From positions 205,076 through 269,075 of the forward strand of contig JBALDB010000028.1 of NCBI GenBank assembly GCA_036918135.1: a stretch of 64,000 nucleotides of DNA, in the 5' to 3' direction. This document shows positions 61,689 to 64,000 of the stretch, piece by piece. Each line of letters opens with the position of its first letter. Positions within the stretch are counted from its first letter, which is position 1. The position numbers and the translations under genes are program-made. This stretch comes from Nostoc sp. (GTDB lineage: Bacteria; Cyanobacteriota; Cyanobacteriia; Cyanobacteriales; Nostocaceae). The notes under the pieces are model-generated. The model saw nothing but the letters and a program-made list of their open reading frames with translations, had not been told where the DNA came from and did no database searches.

Positions 61689-63164
61689 ATGTCTTCAAAA
61701 AAGACAGATACTCTGTTGAATTGGTTGATAACTATAACAGTTATATTTGCTGGCTCATTGACTGTAATTTTCTTCGTATTGTCTAATATTAAAGAATTGT
61801 CAATTCAGGAGAAAATTCAGTATAGAAACCAAGCATTAACAACCACTGCAATAGTTTTTCTGGCATCAGCAGCAATGTTTAATGCTTATTATGCAGCAAA
61901 GCGTGCCGAAGCTTTGCACAAAAATGCGATCGCAGCTGAAAAAAATCTCGAAATTGACATTCAGAATGCAAAACTCAATCAAGACAGATTGATTGCAGAA
62001 CGCTTTATGGGAGCAATTGCCCAACTGGGGCATGAAAAAATTGAAACCCGTACAGGTGCAATTTATGCATTAGAAAGAGTTGCTCAAGATTTCCCAAAAG
62101 AACACTGGACAATCATGGAAATCCTCACTGCCTTTGTACGAGAAAATACACCAATTCTCCAAATAAAATCAGAGCAACAGCTAGAATACTCCCCAGCAGT
62201 TTACTACTCAAATAAACGCAAAGGTGGGTCGCGTTCAACACAGCAGTTGCATCCAAATTTCCATCAAGAAATAGCAAAAATACGCACCGATATTCAAGCA
62301 GCTTTAACTGTGATCTCCAGACGTAATTTACTCGAAGATCCAAAAGACCAGAAACTTGATTTACGTAATACGGATATCAGGCGAGCAGACTTAGTAGGAG
62401 CTAACTTGCAACAAGCTGACTTGCGGGGAGCAGACCTAAGTGGGGCTGATTTACGCGGAGCAGATTTATCTGAGGCTGACCTGGAGGGCGCTAGACTTAT
62501 TCGCTCTATTCTCTATGAAACTAAATTGCTCAAAACCAGTTTGTATGGAGCTGACCTTTGTTGGGCTAACCTCAACCGGGCCAACATGTGTGGTGCAAAT
62601 CTGCGTTCGGCTAACCTTTCTGGGGCAAGTCTGCGTGCAGCAAATCTGCAAGGAACAAACCTCTATAAAGCGAACTTGCAACAAGCAACCTTGAAAATTG
62701 CCAACCTCTCTGGAGCAAAGCTATTTTTAGCAAACTTGCAAGGAGCAAAACTCGGTAAAGCTAACTTGCACATGACTGGTTTGATTGGTGCTAACCTTTC
62801 TGGGGCTAACTTAAATGGTGCTAACCTTTCTGGGGCTAACTTGAATGCAGCCAAACTCCAGCAAACAGAAGTTTATTTTGCCAACCTCTCAGAAGCCAGC
62901 TTAACCGAAGCAGACTTGTATCAAGCAAACCTCATCGGAGCTAACCTCCAAAAGGCAACCTTTTATCAAGCTAACCTGACTCAGGCAAATCTGATGGGAG
63001 CTAACTTTTCCCAAGCCAATCTCAGTGATGTGAAACTCGAAGGAACAATTTTGACAGGAGCAAAAAACTTAGAGTTGCAGCAGATTAAAAAAGCAGTTGG
63101 CGATCGCACCACTCGCCTACCTGATTCTATGGAACCGCCCACCCATTGGCGACAATCTGTGTAA
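61689..63164 (+). CDS. Membrane-anchored pentapeptide repeat protein
   Basis: Two TM segments, ERF..AIAQLG..ETRTGAIYALE, and a long ANL repeat tract. Confidence 0.92.
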   Translation: MSSKKTDTLLNWLITITVIFAGSLTVIFFVLSNIKELSIQEKIQYRNQALTTTAIVFLASAAMFNAYYAAKRAEALHKNAIAAEKNLEIDIQNAKLNQDRLIAERFMGAIAQLGHEKIETRTGAIYALERVAQDFPKEHWTIMEILTAFVRENTPILQIKSEQQLEYSPAVYYSNKRKGGSRSTQQLHPNFHQEIAKIRTDIQAALTVISRRNLLEDPKDQKLDLRNTDIRRADLVGANLQQADLRGADLSGADLRGADLSEADLEGARLIRSILYETKLLKTSLYGADLCWANLNRANMCGANLRSANLSGASLRAANLQGTNLYKANLQQATLKIANLSGAKLFLANLQGAKLGKANLHMTGLIGANLSGANLNGANLSGANLNAAKLQQTEVYFANLSEASLTEADLYQANLIGANLQKATFYQANLTQANLMGANFSQANLSDVKLEGTILTGAKNLELQQIKKAVGDRTTRLPDSMEPPTHWRQSV

Positions 63165-63456
63165 GTTATACGATTTTCGATTGAGAATCCCTCGTGCATC
63201 TTTTTTAATTCGAGTCTATCTCTGGCAATAATTTTTTAAATTGGGATTACCTCAGCATCAAGTTAGTTATCTAAGCGTACATCTACCAATTTTATAAAAA
63301 ATATAGTTTTTATCCACAACATCTCAATTTTTGAAAAATTCAATACGTTAAAGCAAAAACCCTCTATAATTTCTTACTTCATATCCTTAGCTTCCTTGGC
63401 GGTTTGTTAAAAAATAATTCGTTTAAAATTGTTACATCTCTAACAACACAGACAAC

Positions 63457-63954
63457 GTGAAAAATTGGTTAATAGTTTTACCATGTATATTTATTCTCTT
63501 CTTAATTGCTGTTTTTTTAGCCTTTGTGAATGCTGAAGGTTTATCAACAGAGCAAAGATTAGATTATGGAATTAAAGCTTTAACAACTACTGGAACAATT
63601 TTTGCTGGAATTGCTGTATTCATCAATGCGTTTTATGCGGCGAAGCGTTGGGAAGCTATGGATAAAAGTGCTGAAGCTGCTCTCCAAAATGCCCAAGCTG
63701 CACAAGACAAGCAAATCACAGAGCGCTTTGCTAAGGCTATTGAACAGCTTGGGAATGAAAAGATTGAAACGCGATTGGGGGCAATTTATACTCTAGAACG
63801 AATTGCCAAGGATTCTAAAGATGATCGCTGGACAATCATGGAAGTCCTCACAGCTTTTGTGCGAGAGAATGCACCTTTGAAGGATTTTTCTCCGGAAAAT
63901 ATAATCAACGTGAGTTCGACAGAACTAAAAAATAGCAGGAGGCAGTGCAGGTAA
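63457..63954 (+). CDS. Paralog of the preceding protein's N-terminal domain; stops before any pentapeptide repeats (possibly truncated)
   Basis: ERFAKAIEQLG..ETRLGAIYTLERIA..WTIMEVLTAFVRE, then a stop near the window edge. Confidence 0.7.
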   Translation: MKNWLIVLPCIFILFLIAVFLAFVNAEGLSTEQRLDYGIKALTTTGTIFAGIAVFINAFYAAKRWEAMDKSAEAALQNAQAAQDKQITERFAKAIEQLGNEKIETRLGAIYTLERIAKDSKDDRWTIMEVLTAFVRENAPLKDFSPENIINVSSTELKNSRRQCR

Positions 63955-64000
63955 ATCTTTTGGGTAGATGTCAATGGATGGTTTTTTGGGCAAATAGGTA

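Noticed and set aside
1..64000. tRNA, rRNA, transposase, integrase or prophage genes
   Set aside because: None were recognised by eye; tRNAscan/Infernal would be needed to exclude small RNAs.

Overview
The window is chromosomal DNA from a cyanobacterium, most likely a heterocyst-forming Nostocales strain. The evidence is abundant HIP1 GCGATCGC sites, heptameric STRR repeats and the psbH/psbN/tatA/pth synteny. From 1 to about 32 kb it holds core and accessory genes: an aldehyde dehydrogenase / class-III aminotransferase / DUF1338 operon (possibly lysine catabolism), holA, tpiA, folP, rpsU, pth, tatA, psbH, psbN, a GH38 alpha-mannosidase, a small AlbA-domain plus toxin-antitoxin islet, mnmE, and many small repeats and MITE-like elements. 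From about 32.4 to 59.7 kb it holds a ~27 kb biosynthetic gene cluster that I cannot match to any characterised pathway, and this is the best candidate for a new system. The cluster encodes a dedicated APS kinase, three sulfotransferases (two NodH/Stf0-like tandem paralogs), a NodU/CmcH carbamoyltransferase, a pyruvyltransferase, five intact GT2s plus a GT-B-like protein, three radical SAM/twitch enzymes, a Gfo/Idh/MocA oxidoreductase, a free ACP with an ATP-grasp-like ligase, and a TE-less C-T-C-A-T NRPS whose A-domain code reads as ornithine. It also shows recent internal duplication and deletion. The window ends with a pseudogene and three pentapeptide-repeat-family paralogs. All family calls come from motif recognition by eye; no searches were run.
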